Source: Thalia democratica
Taxonomy: Eukaryota
Length of the DNA: 64,000 nucleotides
Assembly (NCBI GenBank): GCA_965202585.1
Contig: OZ241827.1
Coordinates: 51,460,001-51,524,000, forward strand
Direction: 5' to 3'
The notes beneath the pieces were generated by a model. It was not told the origin of the DNA. It made no database searches and worked only from the letters and a program-made list of their open reading frames with translations. The translations under genes were made by a program, and so were the position numbers. Shown here piece after piece: positions 22,864-37,200 of this stretch (position 1 is the first letter of the stretch; the number at the start of each line of letters is the position of its first letter).

Positions 22864-22938
22864 TACAACTGACGAAAGAAGCATGAAATATATTTTGTTC
22901 AGAAAAATTAAGTCTTATTTATATTGTTTGAAAGAATT
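22711..22938. repeat. 78-bp near-perfect inverted repeat with a 72-nt spacer
   Basis: 22711-22788 versus 22861-22938: 3 mismatches. Confidence 0.9.
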
Positions 22939-23078
22939 CCTTATTTATACTAGAATTCTTTGTATAATGCACATGTTATCCATTAGAAGTAATTTTTATG
23001 TAGAATAATAATACTAACGCATGTACTTATATTTTTATTTTATTTAGAAGAAATCTTTAAATAACATAGCTAAAAATA

Positions 23079-23343
23079 GGGTCGGCTGCTTTTAATGTCA
23101 TTTGCATAATGTTTTCATTCATAGCGTTATGCAAATGAAGTAAAGTGATAATACAGCAGAAAATTGAAAATATTTCCACCCTTATCCCTAACCCACTTTA
23201 CCCAAAGTTTTTTAACTACACCCTTATCCCTAACCACCTTATCCAAATATATAAAAACAAACCAAAAATGTTTTATTACTTGAAAACTTAAAAAAAGTAA
23301 AACATTAGCCTATCAGAAGCGACATTAGAACTGCAGCCGACGC
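23079..23343. mobile_element. Small MITE with CCCTTATCCCTAACC internal repeats
   Basis: Termini GGGTCGGCTGC..TTTTAATGTC and GACATTAGAACTGCAGCCGACGC; AAAATA on both flanks; CCCTTATCCCTAACC twice inside. Confidence 0.5.
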
Positions 23344-26300
23344 AAAATAATTCCTTTGAAATTATTTTTTTACACAAAAGTACTTTAAGTCTTTAAGTTT
23401 GACCTATAAATCTTTAAAACCTGTTTTATTTGCTTTAAACTATAAAATAAAGTTCTAATATATACGAAAACTAAAACGGATAAGTTATTTTAGTAACTTT
23501 GTAAAAATATTAAACTATGTTTTTTATAATTTATATATGACAAGGAAAAAATTTAATTAACTAAATGAAAATTAGCTTTTAAATGAATAAACAAACAGAG
23601 CAATCATTTTAAGTTTTATTTGTTTAAACAAGACTAAAAGGTCTTCTTTCAAAGTCATGTCAATATAATGATATTATTGTTGTTTATTAAACGACAAAAA
23701 GGCTCTCAAAATATTTGGTCCTGGTTTACGTAAAAACCTTTTGGTTATCAAGTCGTACACCTCTTGGATACAGTTTAACATAATTGTCCAGGACTTATTT
23801 AATTAAAGTTTTACAGCCAATTATATTTTGTAAACATAGTCTTTATTTTATTGATAAAGTTGTTCTAAATATAGTGGCTGTAAAACATATATTTATATTT
23901 CGCATTTATTCCGTGAAAACATTTTATTTACAAATAAATTTATGGAAATTATGAGTAGGCTTAACTATCACTTATGTCTATGTTTTTTTGTGTGTTTTTA
24001 TTTTTAGATTTTAGTTTAGTTTCTATGAAAAAAAAATCTCACTGTACAATTTTATCAAAAAAAGTTTTTAAAAGTTATATAATTGATGTTATGTCAGATT
24101 TTAGTATACAAGTAATAACATACTTACGAAAAAGTAAAATTAAAACAAATTTTATGTACTTCACATAAAAAAAAGCAAGTATTTTGATTTAATGGAAAAA
24201 CATCTTGGCTTTTATTTTTAATGTTTCTACGTGATATATTGAACAAATTAAAAAAAAAAGTATGTAACTTTTCATTCTTTTGGAACTTTTGAAACAAATG
24301 TAAGAATTGTCTTGAAATAATGTATTTTTCAAGTATGTTAGCTCTAAGTTTGTTGTTGTTTGAATACCGAATAATCTTCAAACTTATAAATGGCTAGTGA
24401 TAACCAAGATGTCTCTTTCAACAGAAATGACAAAGAGTGAAAACTCCCCTAACCAGCAAGGTAAGTCTTCAAATTTATCATTTTAATTTCTAGAATGAAC
24501 TTTATTTTAATTTTCAAAAAATCGAAAGAAATTACCACACTATTACCAAAATAATTTGGTTTACTAACTTTTTGTAAATAATATTAACTTTATGTTAGTT
24601 AATTGTTATATGACTTTAAAAACTATACCCTTGTAAATATACTTCAATTCAAAAGTTTCTTTTATCAATAAATTCATCAAATTAAGTGCTCTTTAGTGTT
24701 TGTTTGAGTTATCAGTTAGCAAGTTTTTAGGTATTTAGTGGATAATTCTTGAGCTGTACAGTGCTCAAGTAAATTGCAGTTTTTAAGAATTATTTCATAT
24801 TTTTATTTGGGATTAATTAAAAATTCCTCATTATGGTACTAACATTTGGTATAAACACCATTTTAACTGCTGTTGTTTGTGCTTAAATTAAAACATCAAG
24901 CCTCTCAAATTACATATTGCATAAGTAGAATCTTATGTTTAGAATTACTTAATTTTTATTATTTTTAATTGATTAAAATTAATTAGTTAAGCTAATATAC
25001 AATTTAAATAGAGATGTTTTAGCTGTTGTTGTTTGTACTTGAACATAAAAATCAAGCCTAAAACTTCATGTTTTTTAGACTAAATTAAAATAAGTTCTCC
25101 TCTCAAAGTTTATCAGCAGTAAAATTTAATTAATAAAGGTATAAAATTACCTAACAGAAAAACAGTATTAATTATTTGTTATTCATAATTAATATCAGTG
25201 TTGTAGTTTTGTATACTTAGTTATTAAGTTAAATAATATTATAAATTATTTTCTATCTGATTCCTATTTTGAAAGTTGATTAAAAATTTTAATCAAAAAT
25301 ATGTAGTTAAAAATTTGTTTTTATTTTGAGAATTTTAAAAAATTTATTCTTAAAATAACTTTTCTAATCAAGATCTAATAAAAAAATTAAAAACTACTTT
25401 TGTTAAGTTACTAATAAGCTAAAAAAATTTGTGTTTGTATACGTGGCTGTTTTTTCTGTGCTTAGTTAAATAATAAAATAACTGAGTCTAAATAATGATT
25501 AAGATTAAAAGATAAAAATTGTAAGTATAAAGTTGCAAATATAACCTTAATCATAACAGTTTTAACCTAATTTTAACTGTTTTATGTTGTAGTAAAAAGC
25601 TAATTAGTTAATTAGTAGTTTGTTAAACTAGATAACTTGGGTAAAAATTAGGTTATTTTTAAACGTTAACTTGTGCTTCAAAGAATTTAGTATAAGTAAT
25701 TTTTTTGACCATTTGGCAATACAGTCCAATTTTAAGAAAATCATATTTTGTAACTGTTTTCTCATATTAACTTAATGACTTCACAAAAGGGGCCTGCTTA
25801 GTTTGAAACTACCACTTAGTTTTTTAATGATTGTAATTAAAAAACAATCCAGGATTAATATAAAATTTTTATTAGCATTATTATGTGTACTGTTGCTTAA
25901 CCCCATCTTAAATTATTTACTGAAGATATATAAAAAAACTAACATACTTTTAAAATTAATAATATCAATTTAACTTATAGTAGGCTTCTAAAACCTGTGA
26001 ACAATTGGTTCTTAATTTTTTTGCGGCCAAACAACAAGTATAGTTTCATATTTTAAAATCTATCATTGCTAATAAAATTTTTTTTAATGGAATTTTCAAA
26101 ATCTACATTACTAATTTAAAACTTACCTACCTTAAATTAATTACATTTTGTTTTGAGTGCAGAGCAAATAAATAACTCACACACAGTAGTTTACACATGC
26201 GTGCATTTTAACAAATATTGAACAATTAAACATTGTTTTGGCCTTTAATAATTGTTATCTACAAATCTGTGTGTTTTTGATATTAGTTTTATAAATTAAT

Positions 26301-27191
26301 TTATACATGATGTTTTTCAACAAAATAATTATTCTTAATTCATAAAAGTATATTAACATGTATTTACTTAAGTGACAAAAAGTTTAATTGTGTTGTCAAA
26401 TCTTTTCAAAGTTGCTTGCTTTTTTAAATTTCGGACCTGTAGTTTTTTGAAATCAAATACTTAATAGAACTTAATTGATATAGTTCCCCATATTATAGTA
26501 TAGTTGTCCTTAAGTATATAAATTGTATCTAAAAATATTTCATCATTAAGATATTTCCTAAAGTTAATTAAAATATGTTAAAATTAAAGTTTTTTTTACA
26601 AAGGTATTTAAAGTAATATAATAACTAGGTGTTTAAGTTCTAATAAACGTAATTATAAACAATAATTTCTTATAATTCAAATAAGGATATAAGCTTTCAT
26701 TGAAGTTTATATTATTAGTATAGTGTTTTAACATAGTTTGTTTATAGTACTTCATTATTAATACTTTTATTAAACTGTCTTGCAATTTTATGTGCATATA
26801 AGCCTCTTCCAACGTATAATTTATTTTTATAACAAGTACAAGTTTTGTTAATACAAGGTAAAGATAGGTTGTAACATGGATTTAATAACAATACAACTTT
26901 TACTGACTAAGAAGTTTATATTGTAGTTTTAAAATGACCTTAGTTTAGTTTTAAAGAAAATGGTTTTAAAAGTTTCTAGAGTTTAAAAAAAAGATTGTAA
27001 AAGTTTATATGTTGTCTTTAAGTGTAAATTAAAAATTACAGATCCCATTATGTACTCAAACAGTTTAACTTAAAAGTAGAACAAAAAAAAACAAATATTT
27101 GTGTTACTTACAAAAAGCATTAGTTAGCAGTTTAGAACTAACTAACCATCGTAAAATATTTTGTATGGTTTTAAGATATAAGATTATATTT

Positions 27192-27254
27192 TGTTAAACT
27201 TTATATGAAATATACTATGTTAAACTTTATATGAAATATTCTATGTTAAGCTTT
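27192..27254. repeat. 26-bp tandem repeat, ~2.4 copies
   Basis: TGTTAAACTTTATATGAAATAT(A/T)CTA repeated. Confidence 0.9.
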
Positions 27255-30200
27255 ACAATTTAAAACTATTTTATTTAGCAATTAACTAATTTATTTTAAC
27301 TAATTATAGTCAAGTTAATTTCAGAAATATAATTTTAACAAGCTTGTACAAGCTTTGTTTTTTAAATATTACTTTTTAAAATTATCATTAGATAATGTCA
27401 CAAATTTAAATTTTCATGTTGTTTTTTTACTGAAGTTCAAAGTCTAAGCTACTATGAAAAACACAATAAAAAAAATCTACTTGACTATTGTTATGAGTTT
27501 TTTCTATAATATATTTTAGATCCTTAGTATTGTAAATATTTATTTCAATAGTTATTTTTTCTACTTTTAAAAAGCATTAAAATGCGAGTTTAAGGTATAC
27601 TAATTATCAACTAATGTAAAAATAAGTGTTATATAAGCATATTTTCAAATAATATGGCATGTAAAAATTTCGTTAGCTTATATCTGAACAAAAATTATCA
27701 CATTTGAAAATTTAGTGTTTGAAAAGATTGAAATTTACATTTCAACTATGGGGTTAAGTATAAAAACCAATACCAATCTAATTGTTGTTTTAGTCATCTT
27801 TAAACTCTTAATATTTTTAGCCTATTGAGTAAAACACTTTATTTGTAGTACATTAAATTTAAAACATAACAATTTCTTAATATCTGTAACCTAGGTTTAG
27901 CCACAATGGAAAGTATATAAAGAGTACATACAAAGTTTATTTTGAATACTTGTTTACCAGGATTATAGTTTGAAATTTTCTTTTAGATTTACACAATCTT
28001 CCATTCAATTTATTAATTTGTCCTTTCTTAATTAAAAAAAAAACCCAATTAAAATCATGTTTTATTTCGTATCATTGAAGAAAACTTTGCAATAAGTTTG
28101 ATACAATACCAACCACACCATCAAAATTTATTAATCTATTAATCTAACATTGCAAAGTTTTGATTTTTTTTTGTTTTAATGTTAAGTAGATTAAAATAAG
28201 TTGCAAATATTACTTAGTTTATGATATAGTGATGCTTTTCTGTGTAATAATTGCAAAAACTTTTAGGTTTACCTTTATTTAATTCATGAATGTTATGTCA
28301 TTAAAAATTTTATTAAAAAGAAATATCTGTAAAATAAGTTATTTGTTATTATTTAAAAACGAATATCGGAAATTGATTTAAAACATTTTTAATTTTTTAA
28401 ATTTAATATTTTTATATATTACATATTAATTTACTGTTTTAAAATTTGCATAAATTTTTCAAATAATTTTTTTATGAATTTGAGCTTATGAATTTAGTTT
28501 GTAAAAAAAAATCAGTTCAAACAATGATTAACTAATTGAACTGTAACTATATACTTAGATTGTAAAGACGTAGCAATTTTCTGTTGGTTCACAAATTAAA
28601 CATGTATTTATAATTTAAAAAAATTCAAATTATAAAAATTGTTTGTTTTTTTATGTTTATCATTAGTAGAAGCTATAAGAAACTGCAAAACTATATATAT
28701 TTTCAGTAAAATAGGAATTTAGAGGAGTAATTTATAGTAAGTACATGACACAGACTACCACAGAGAGATGTTAGAAGAAATTTTCTGGTCATGAATACCA
28801 ACAACTTATATCTACCCAATATTTTGCTGTTAGTTTATACTTTATATAATGTTTAAGGTCAACATGTAACTTTGTAAAACAAATTTTAAATTGTTTTAAA
28901 ATAAAGTATTTTTTGCTAGTCTATGTTTGGGCTTTCTTAATATTGATAAAAGTGATGTACATTTTTCAATTGTAATATTAAAGTCTTAGTATTTCTATTT
29001 TTATGAATATGATTAATATTTTTATATTAACAACTTGCTACATCTCTAAAATTATCTACATAAGGTCATAGAATAAGAAAATACCAATAGCATAAAAATG
29101 TTAATATAAACGTTTGCTCATACCACTTATACTTGTTATTCTAAAATTATTGTTTTATAAATACAGTTTGATTTATTAGTTAGTCAAATGAGATTTTTAA
29201 TTATAACAAATAGTTTATAAAAATCCAAAAATTTTAGACTAGTTTGTTATTTTGATTTAAGATAACTTTTAATTTCTTAAAAAAATTGAAAGTTTTTTTA
29301 GAAATTTAACTGGTTTAATTTTTAAAGTTTGACATTATTAAAACGAGAAAATGATTGTTTTTTAAGTACTTCAAAATTAGTTTACTCGAAAATAGGACCA
29401 CATAAATTAATAAATGCTGCCATAAATTTAATAAATACCTTCATAGCGCAGTGAACTCAAGTGGTTATTAAGTCCTGTTTTGCATTCAACCCCTCACTCA
29501 AACACACGTGTTTGCCATATAAAATAACACATCAATTACTCAGTCATTGTTAAGTTATTCAAAACAAGCCATGTCATTATTTTATACCTAGTCTACAGTT
29601 CTTTATGAATATTCATTTGAGCAGATGAAATATTTAAATGAAATTTTTATGTGTCATTTAATTGAATTAAGTTATATTTTTCACTTAAAATTAACTACTT
29701 TTGCAACAATTTAAGTTTTTAATAATCTTTTTTTAACAGAACAGTGACACACCAGATTAGAATTCACGATATATGTTTTTGACTCTCGTAAGAAGATATT
29801 TGTAAGTCACAAACAAAGCATGTATAATATTATTATAAAACAAATATTTTTGATAGCAGCTTACAAATGGATTAAAAAAGAATTCATTATTTTGAAACAA
29901 ATGTTTAAGATAATTAAATACATATAACAAATCATTGGTTATAATAATTTTCAGATTTTTTAACAAAGTATTAAGCTGAAAAGCAATTATATCTTTAGCC
30001 ACCTCGAAATGGTTTTATCATAAAAAATTGGGTAAACAAATCATACTACTAAGTTTAAAGTATTATAATAAAAAACTCCTCCACAAATTATTTTACTGAA
30101 AAAAAGTTAAATTAAAAATTGTAATTGAAACTAGAAAACTAAAAATTTCCATCTTTTCTAAAATAATTTTTGCAGAACAATACTTGTTAGTTAAACAGCT

Positions 30201-31299
30201 TGAACACTACATTATCTTAATGTAAGAAATTATATAATATTTTTTATCTGTTGCTGTTTTTATTTTAAAGGATAACTGTGATTGGTCAAATCACGGTTTT
30301 TTTTATTGTTTTTCAAAAGTACCTCCTTTAAAAATTTTTGTATAAATTTTTATTCAGTTTGTATTTGCATACAAGAACAATCAAACTTTTACTATTTATA
30401 AAATAGTGATAAATTGCTGCAAAAATACATTAATGCTAGATTCTTGACAAGCTTGAGAAAGGTTTCTGATGCCCTCAAGCGGTAAGTAATAAACCGTGTA
30501 CTTTTAATTTATAGTTTTTTATGAAGTTGTTCTCTATACAAAATAATCGTTTAATAACCTAATTTAGTTAATAAAATAGTTAGAGTAGTTGGTTTATCAT
30601 AATGTTGAAGAAACTTGTTAAAAGTTTTTTTAAAAAAATATATGTCATTTTTTTTAATTTTGTGCCAAATTCAAAAACATATGTGTACCAATATTAATAT
30701 ACAACTATCAAATAAGTTATTAAAATTAATTAGTTAGTTCAAGTACTTTTAGATTAACTTACTTAAATTGCATCTGAACTATAACTAAAATAATTCAAAA
30801 AGTTATCTGAAGTTGGTAATGTTAGTAATGAGTATAAGTTAAACAACTTTCAAAGTTCATTAATACAAAGGTTTTAGCATTTAAACATTTTATAGTTGCA
30901 GGTTTTAACTAGTTTTCAAACAGTTGTCAAATACTTGAGACATTTTCTACTTTTAAGTCAGGTGGAAGTTAGCAAGATATTTATTTACGAATAATAGTTT
31001 AGATATTCATAAGTTTTTAAAATTTTTTAGAAATTCCTTGCTGTATATTTCCTTGTTATTGAAAACTAACTAATGTTTAAAAAACTTGTACACTAAATTT
31101 TATTTTGACTAGTGAATAGATAATTACCTTATTATAAAAATCAAAACAAACTTAATCAAGTTACACAAAACATTCATGTATTTTCTTACACAGAAAGCAA
31201 TTATGGAAAGAAATTAAGTCTAAAACTTTCCCTTGTAATTAAATTAATGCTTTTTAATCACCGTTTGCTTTTAAAGTAAACACAAGCTCAGCTCATTAG

Positions 31300-34200
31300 T
31301 TTTGTTAACTGATTGATAACTTTGTTATCAAAACAAATACATCACATTTTGGAAACACTGCGAACTCTTGTTTTATTGACTTTGTTACGCTCGTAATTTC
31401 AGCCCAAATTAAAACAAAATCTTTTTAAATTTTAAGTTGGTCGGCGAAAACGTTTTTGAGTTCAAAATAATCAATATGTGTTCGGCGTGATGATTGAAAA
31501 GCCGAGCAATGCTGCAAATATAAGCCGAATTCATCCAAACAAACCAAAAGCAAACAACTTGCAATTTATCAAAATGATATAAAGGGCAAACTTGAAAAGC
31601 CGCAAGGAGTTTACTATAAATATCCTTGCGTTCAAAACTTGTTCCACTACTGAGTTTTTAAGGCCTACCAATCAATGGGGATCTGATTTTTTTGCTGCAA
31701 ACACATTTTGCTGTTGGTGTGACGTCACATTTGAAAAAGCTCATCGCGAATTTCAAGTGGCAGTTTTGAAGAGCAAAACATTTAGATGCTGCGGTTGGAG
31801 GCAGCTGTGCGGTTTTGAAGTTCAAATAAACAAGTTGTTTTCGCCGTGTGTGTGTGTTGTTCTGTCTCGTCGAAAACATTTCGTGCTAAAAACCTGAGTT
31901 TACCGTAAAATTTACCATGTTTGGCCATGCCTTAGCTACGCTGTTTGCTTTGGCTTTTTGTTTGCGCTATTTTTAGTTCTTTATTTTGTGTAAATCACGT
32001 GCTAGTTTTTTACGTGAAAAAACTACCTCGAAACGTTACATTGCATATTTGAAGAGATTATAATACTTTTGATTTTGCCTAATGAACAACTAGTGATGTA
32101 CACCATTTGGTAGAGTTTCAAATTAAAAGCTTGTTTTGGTAGTCAATATACTGCTTACCTAATGCCAGGTTGAATTTTAGTTATAAAAAAAGTTGAGTTC
32201 ATTGTCCTTTTAAACTGTTTTGTTTAGCTTATGACGTAACAGAAAATGTAATCTGATGTTTTTACAGCAAGCACGTCAAACGGAAAACAAGATTTAATTT
32301 GTTTTTGTTACTAATCTCCCCATGTTCTCTTTTTTCTAAATGGCTTTTAGTATAAAATTGAGAATAAAAAAACAAGATTAAATGGGAGTGAAGTTGTTTG
32401 TCTAGTACTTAATATTCAATTTATGCGCCACCCAAACTCCATTAACAGGTTTGTGGTCGCGATCCGTCTCTTAACTTCAGTATTCCAAAAAAAAAATGTT
32501 TTTATTGCTTCTCTTTTTGACAGTCTAGCAAAAGTAAACAAGTTTTTATAGACTGCTGATATCTTCAGCCGTTATTCGACTGCTATTTTCGTCTGTAATC
32601 GAGCTCTTTTTGAGCGCACTTGACTGAAATTTTCCTTTCCAATGCCACACTTGTCGCCAATCAAGAATACAATTCCGTTTTTTATTACGACACAAGACGC
32701 CTGGAAAGTATCGAAACAAAAGTGCACAACGAGCCCACTTTTGTCGAGTGTCCTTTTGTGCCAGCTGGGCGCGGCCTCTACTCGACGCCTGGCGCAACTT
32801 CCGCACAACAACACCGAACATTCTACTGTTTTTTTTTTCAACCTCCAGATGGCGTTGCCGATGACCGAAGTTTTCTTCGCAAAACGCGCGCGCCTTATCT
32901 AGCAATTCGATTTCTCGCTCCCTTTTTCGTTCCGATTGTCCCGCGCGCGCGCTGCCCGGGCTCGAGATATTTTTGGATTTGATCTGTGGCCAGATATGTG
33001 GGTGTTGGCCGCGCGTTTAACTGGGAAAGAAGCGAAAGCGAATGTAGGTTAAGTTGCATTGTCAAACTGGTTTGGGGATTAATCTTTTATTGCTGTTGAC
33101 AAGTTCTGTTAGTGAATAATGAACATAGTCTTTGGTAATCTTTGCCAAAGCTCATTGCATTGTGTTTACAAGCTTTGTTTTTATGAGCTTTGTTTAATTC
33201 ATTTTCTGGTTGATGTTTCTAATGTTAATTTACAATGAAATACACAAACATATTTTCTAGCTCGTAACTATAAGAAATAATGTCTAATGGTTTAAAATTT
33301 AATTTTATTTATGAAATTAATTTTCTTAAATAAGCTAAAACTTCATACAAGTTATGGCTTTTTACAAAAGCCACAAAAAGGTATTGAACTTACTTATATA
33401 ATTAACTATACATTTTTACTTAAATTTGCATAAACTTTCAGTTCGTAATGATTGAAATTCAATTAGTGGTTTTTAAACTGTCAAAGTTTAAATATAAATT
33501 ATTGTTTAGCTTTAAGAATTTCAAAATAAGTTTTGTTCAGTAAAAAGAACCACATACAAGGTTCAACTAAAATAAACTAATTGTATTTCAAACTTTTATA
33601 TTTTCTGAAAAAAAATAAGTACTTTTAGAATTTTTACGTAGGCGACCACTCAAGAGGCATAAACTAAGTTTGTTTATTAATATAATCTGCTGCATTCGTT
33701 TTTACTAAAAGTTTGTCATAAGGCCTACTTTTATAAATTTACGAAAACCTTTAACAATTTTCGTCTGTTAGCCGAATCGAACAGACGTTTTCAAACCACG
33801 AAAACACGAGCAGTTTGTTTTAAATTGAATAATGGTTTTTTCTTAGGGCTTATTTACCTTTCTTATACAATGTGGAACACAAGTTCGTCGATTGTAACGA
33901 GCTTGGAAGCAACAAGCCACAGGCAGACAGGCGAACAAAAAGAAGTTTGAATACAAGCTCGTCTTGTGTTCAGTCCAAATAGAAGAGTTTTGATTTAACA
34001 TGCTGCTGCAAAATTTTAGCTTTCTCTGCCATCCATCTAGCAGCAATGAGAAGCGAGTTTAAGCCGCAGAGAAGGCAAGGAGAGAGGCAGAAGGGGAGGA
34101 TTTAAACCCCCCTTCATACACGTCACACACACAAGCTGAAATTTGCATAAATAATTTATGTTGCCTTTTCTTCTTTCTTTTTGCTGGCTCCGCTGCTGAC

Positions 34201-37200
34201 CATTGCTTGAACCAATGAAAACAAAAATGGTTGTTTTGTTTCCGTTGAGTTATAATCCGTTGTTTCTACGTGTAAGTTTGAAAAAAACACCCAGGTTAAA
34301 CAGTGTGTTTTCGCACACTCAAAAATATTCGTAGTCGTTTTGATCGATCGTTTATTATCGGTATTTAGATTAAATAACCATTACATGTGTTAATACGCTC
34401 CGCTGACATATTTTACCTCTATATTGAATTATCATTAATTTAAATCTTGAAGTTTTACTACCTTACTAGAGGTTCAAACTCACTTGCTTTATATGCAGTT
34501 TGTAGTCTCTAAATTAAAATACCACAGACTCATTTTAATAAATAATTCAATACCTTGGTATTAACACCAAAATGCTTCAACAAACTTGAACTTTATTATT
34601 CATTTAGAAATAATTATTTCTAATCACCTGATTAGCTTACATGAATTTTGTCATAAGCTAAGCTTGCACAAATTGTTATTACAAAGTAATGTTACAGTTA
34701 AAAGAATTTTATTTATTTATTTAATCATATTCGCAAAAGGCTTTAATATTAAAAAGTTTTATACATAAATTACTTAAATAGAGTTAGAATGACTTTACTA
34801 TACACATAAGAACTTTTGAACTTTATAGTTATTGAAACTAAACAAGTTGAAGCAGTATCCAGCAAGCAGAGCCTCGTAGTGTAGTAACAGCATAAAGAAG
34901 CGCAATTTAACTTGACCGTGGCGGTTACAAATTAAACCTCTTCAAAGCCGTAAGTCAACATGCAGCGCGCTCATCAATGAGCCATGGAAATCGGCTCTGT
35001 GCAGCTCTAGTAGATTGAAAACTGTACGCTCGGGTGTAATCAACTAAAAATAACCGAACTTGTTGTTGTGCTGCTGCTGGTGAAAAGCTCATCGCTGTTT
35101 GTTGAGTCTGTTTTTGTGTATTTTGCTGGTTGCTGCTTTTGCACTGTGCATGTTTGCTTTGCAGCTAGTAATTGAGTTATCACAACAGATGGCCGACGTG
35201 TGAGTGTTTTGTTTTTTGTGTGTCTTTGCTACAACGGCTTTTCGGGCCTTTGCCCTTTTTTTAGAGCGATATTTTATAAATACACTTTCAGTTTAGGGTT
35301 AAGTTTAAGTGGCAGTTGCGTTTTAATTTAATTTGAAACAGGCTCAACTCTCCCATGTAACATGCTTTCGCTTTCGAAAGTTTGTTTACTGATAAAAGAT
35401 TACACGGCGTTATGTTTGTTCAAGATGTTTTGAACGTTTCCAGACTCCTTCTCAATTACAAGCTTTTCATAATTCGAAGTAATTTAGAAAAAACATGTAC
35501 AAGAGAGAGAAAGAGGTTGTTGGTTCAAAAGTACATGGAAGATCTCATTAAAAGGTTTTTAAAGCAAACACAGATACTTGGCCTTGTAAACATTAACAAC
35601 GCGGCATATTTGTGTCGTGAAACATGAGAGGCTCGTCGCCAGGCCTTAGCTTGTGATAAAGAAATAAATTAAAAAGAATAATATGCGGCATGCTGTATAA
35701 ATTCGAAATGTTTTTGATGACTTGTTCGATTACCAGTTGAAAAGCAAGAAACAGCGAGTGTCGGCGCGCTACGATTAAATTTTTAATTGCTTCATACGCG
35801 GTTGAATAACATTCGTCTTAATCAACTGACGTCGTTCAACAACAAATACTTGTTTGCGATGAGAATTTCAAGGCAATCGAATGTTTTTCTGCGCGTAGCT
35901 GGCAGCCGTTATCGTGAAATTTTACTCGGCATTTTTCATCGACGTGTTTATTTGCAAATACAGCCACAGCGATGACATTTGAATGGAACTCTTGTTTGTT
36001 GTGATGAAAAATACAAAGCACATGAATTATTTCATCGTTTTGTTTTGTGCTCAATTCTTCTCAGCGAATTTCACATACTCTCTCGTGTATTATATAGGTG
36101 TTTTTCACCAAAGCTCGAAATAGTTCTAAATTAATCAATCATTCTATTTTGGTAGAGTGAAGCTGTCGCGAAAAATTAACTAGAGTTATTTTAAAAGTGA
36201 AGTTCACACGAATTCATTTTAAGTGCTCAAGATTTTTATTCTCAGCTCTCTTACATTTTCACCTGTCAAATCAATCATAATTCACCAGCGTAAAAGCTGC
36301 ATATTGAACTAATCATTTAAAGTCTGTTTGATTATTTTTTTTATCATTCGGTCTTGTAATGAATCGAATACAAGTTAATGAGTAATTAGCTTGCGCTCAA
36401 ATACGCACAACACACAGACTAATTGTGATTGTTTAGTAAACAATTTTCAACCAAGCGACTTCTCATGTTTTTGTTCGGAGCCAAAATGTTTGGAAAACGT
36501 TTTTTTTCTAATCATAAAACAAACGCCCGTCACGTTTTAACTGCAGTTTTGCAGTAGTCGCGTCTCACACAGTACCATCGTTTTAATTAATTAATTGCAA
36601 TTTTTCAAACTGCGGTTTACACAGCGCGAGCCAAGTTTAAAGTCGTTGTGCGCTTTTCCTAAAAAAGTTAGTGCTTTTCAGCCTCTGCTATGACGCACTT
36701 CGTTTTCGAAACTTTGGACGCTGGATTTTTTTAATAAGCGCGCTTAAACTTTGTATTTTTTCTGCAACCAACCTGCTGTCCCTGCAATTTTCTCACCTTC
36801 ATGCGTGCACAGCGGCTGTCCACATCACCGAGTTTTTTATTAAATTTATATTTTCATTTATGAGAATTCGACGCGCGTTTCACGGCAGATGCGGGCTGAA
36901 AGAATAGCTTTGATGTTTTTTTGTTTTTGGTTGCAATTTGTACGGTTGGCGCGTATGAATGATATAATAATGGGAAAGAGCATGCAAGATACGCCGTCTT
37001 GGTTTTTTCCTCGTACGAGAGATGCATCTTATTAAAGGCACGAAATTCACAACGAATGGTATATACCCATATATAATCATCGTCTCCTTTTTATTCTCTT
37101 CCCCACCTTCAATTTTTATTTTCCGTGGAAAAAGTGCTCGCCACGGGACCGCAATCCCCGCAAGCGCACAGGACTTGCGTTTAAGAAAAGCAAAAACCTT

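Noticed and set aside
32546-32982. Four overlapping ORFs of 86-120 aa on both strands
   Set aside because: No recognisable motifs; expected from a local GC/CpG-rich island with few stop codons.
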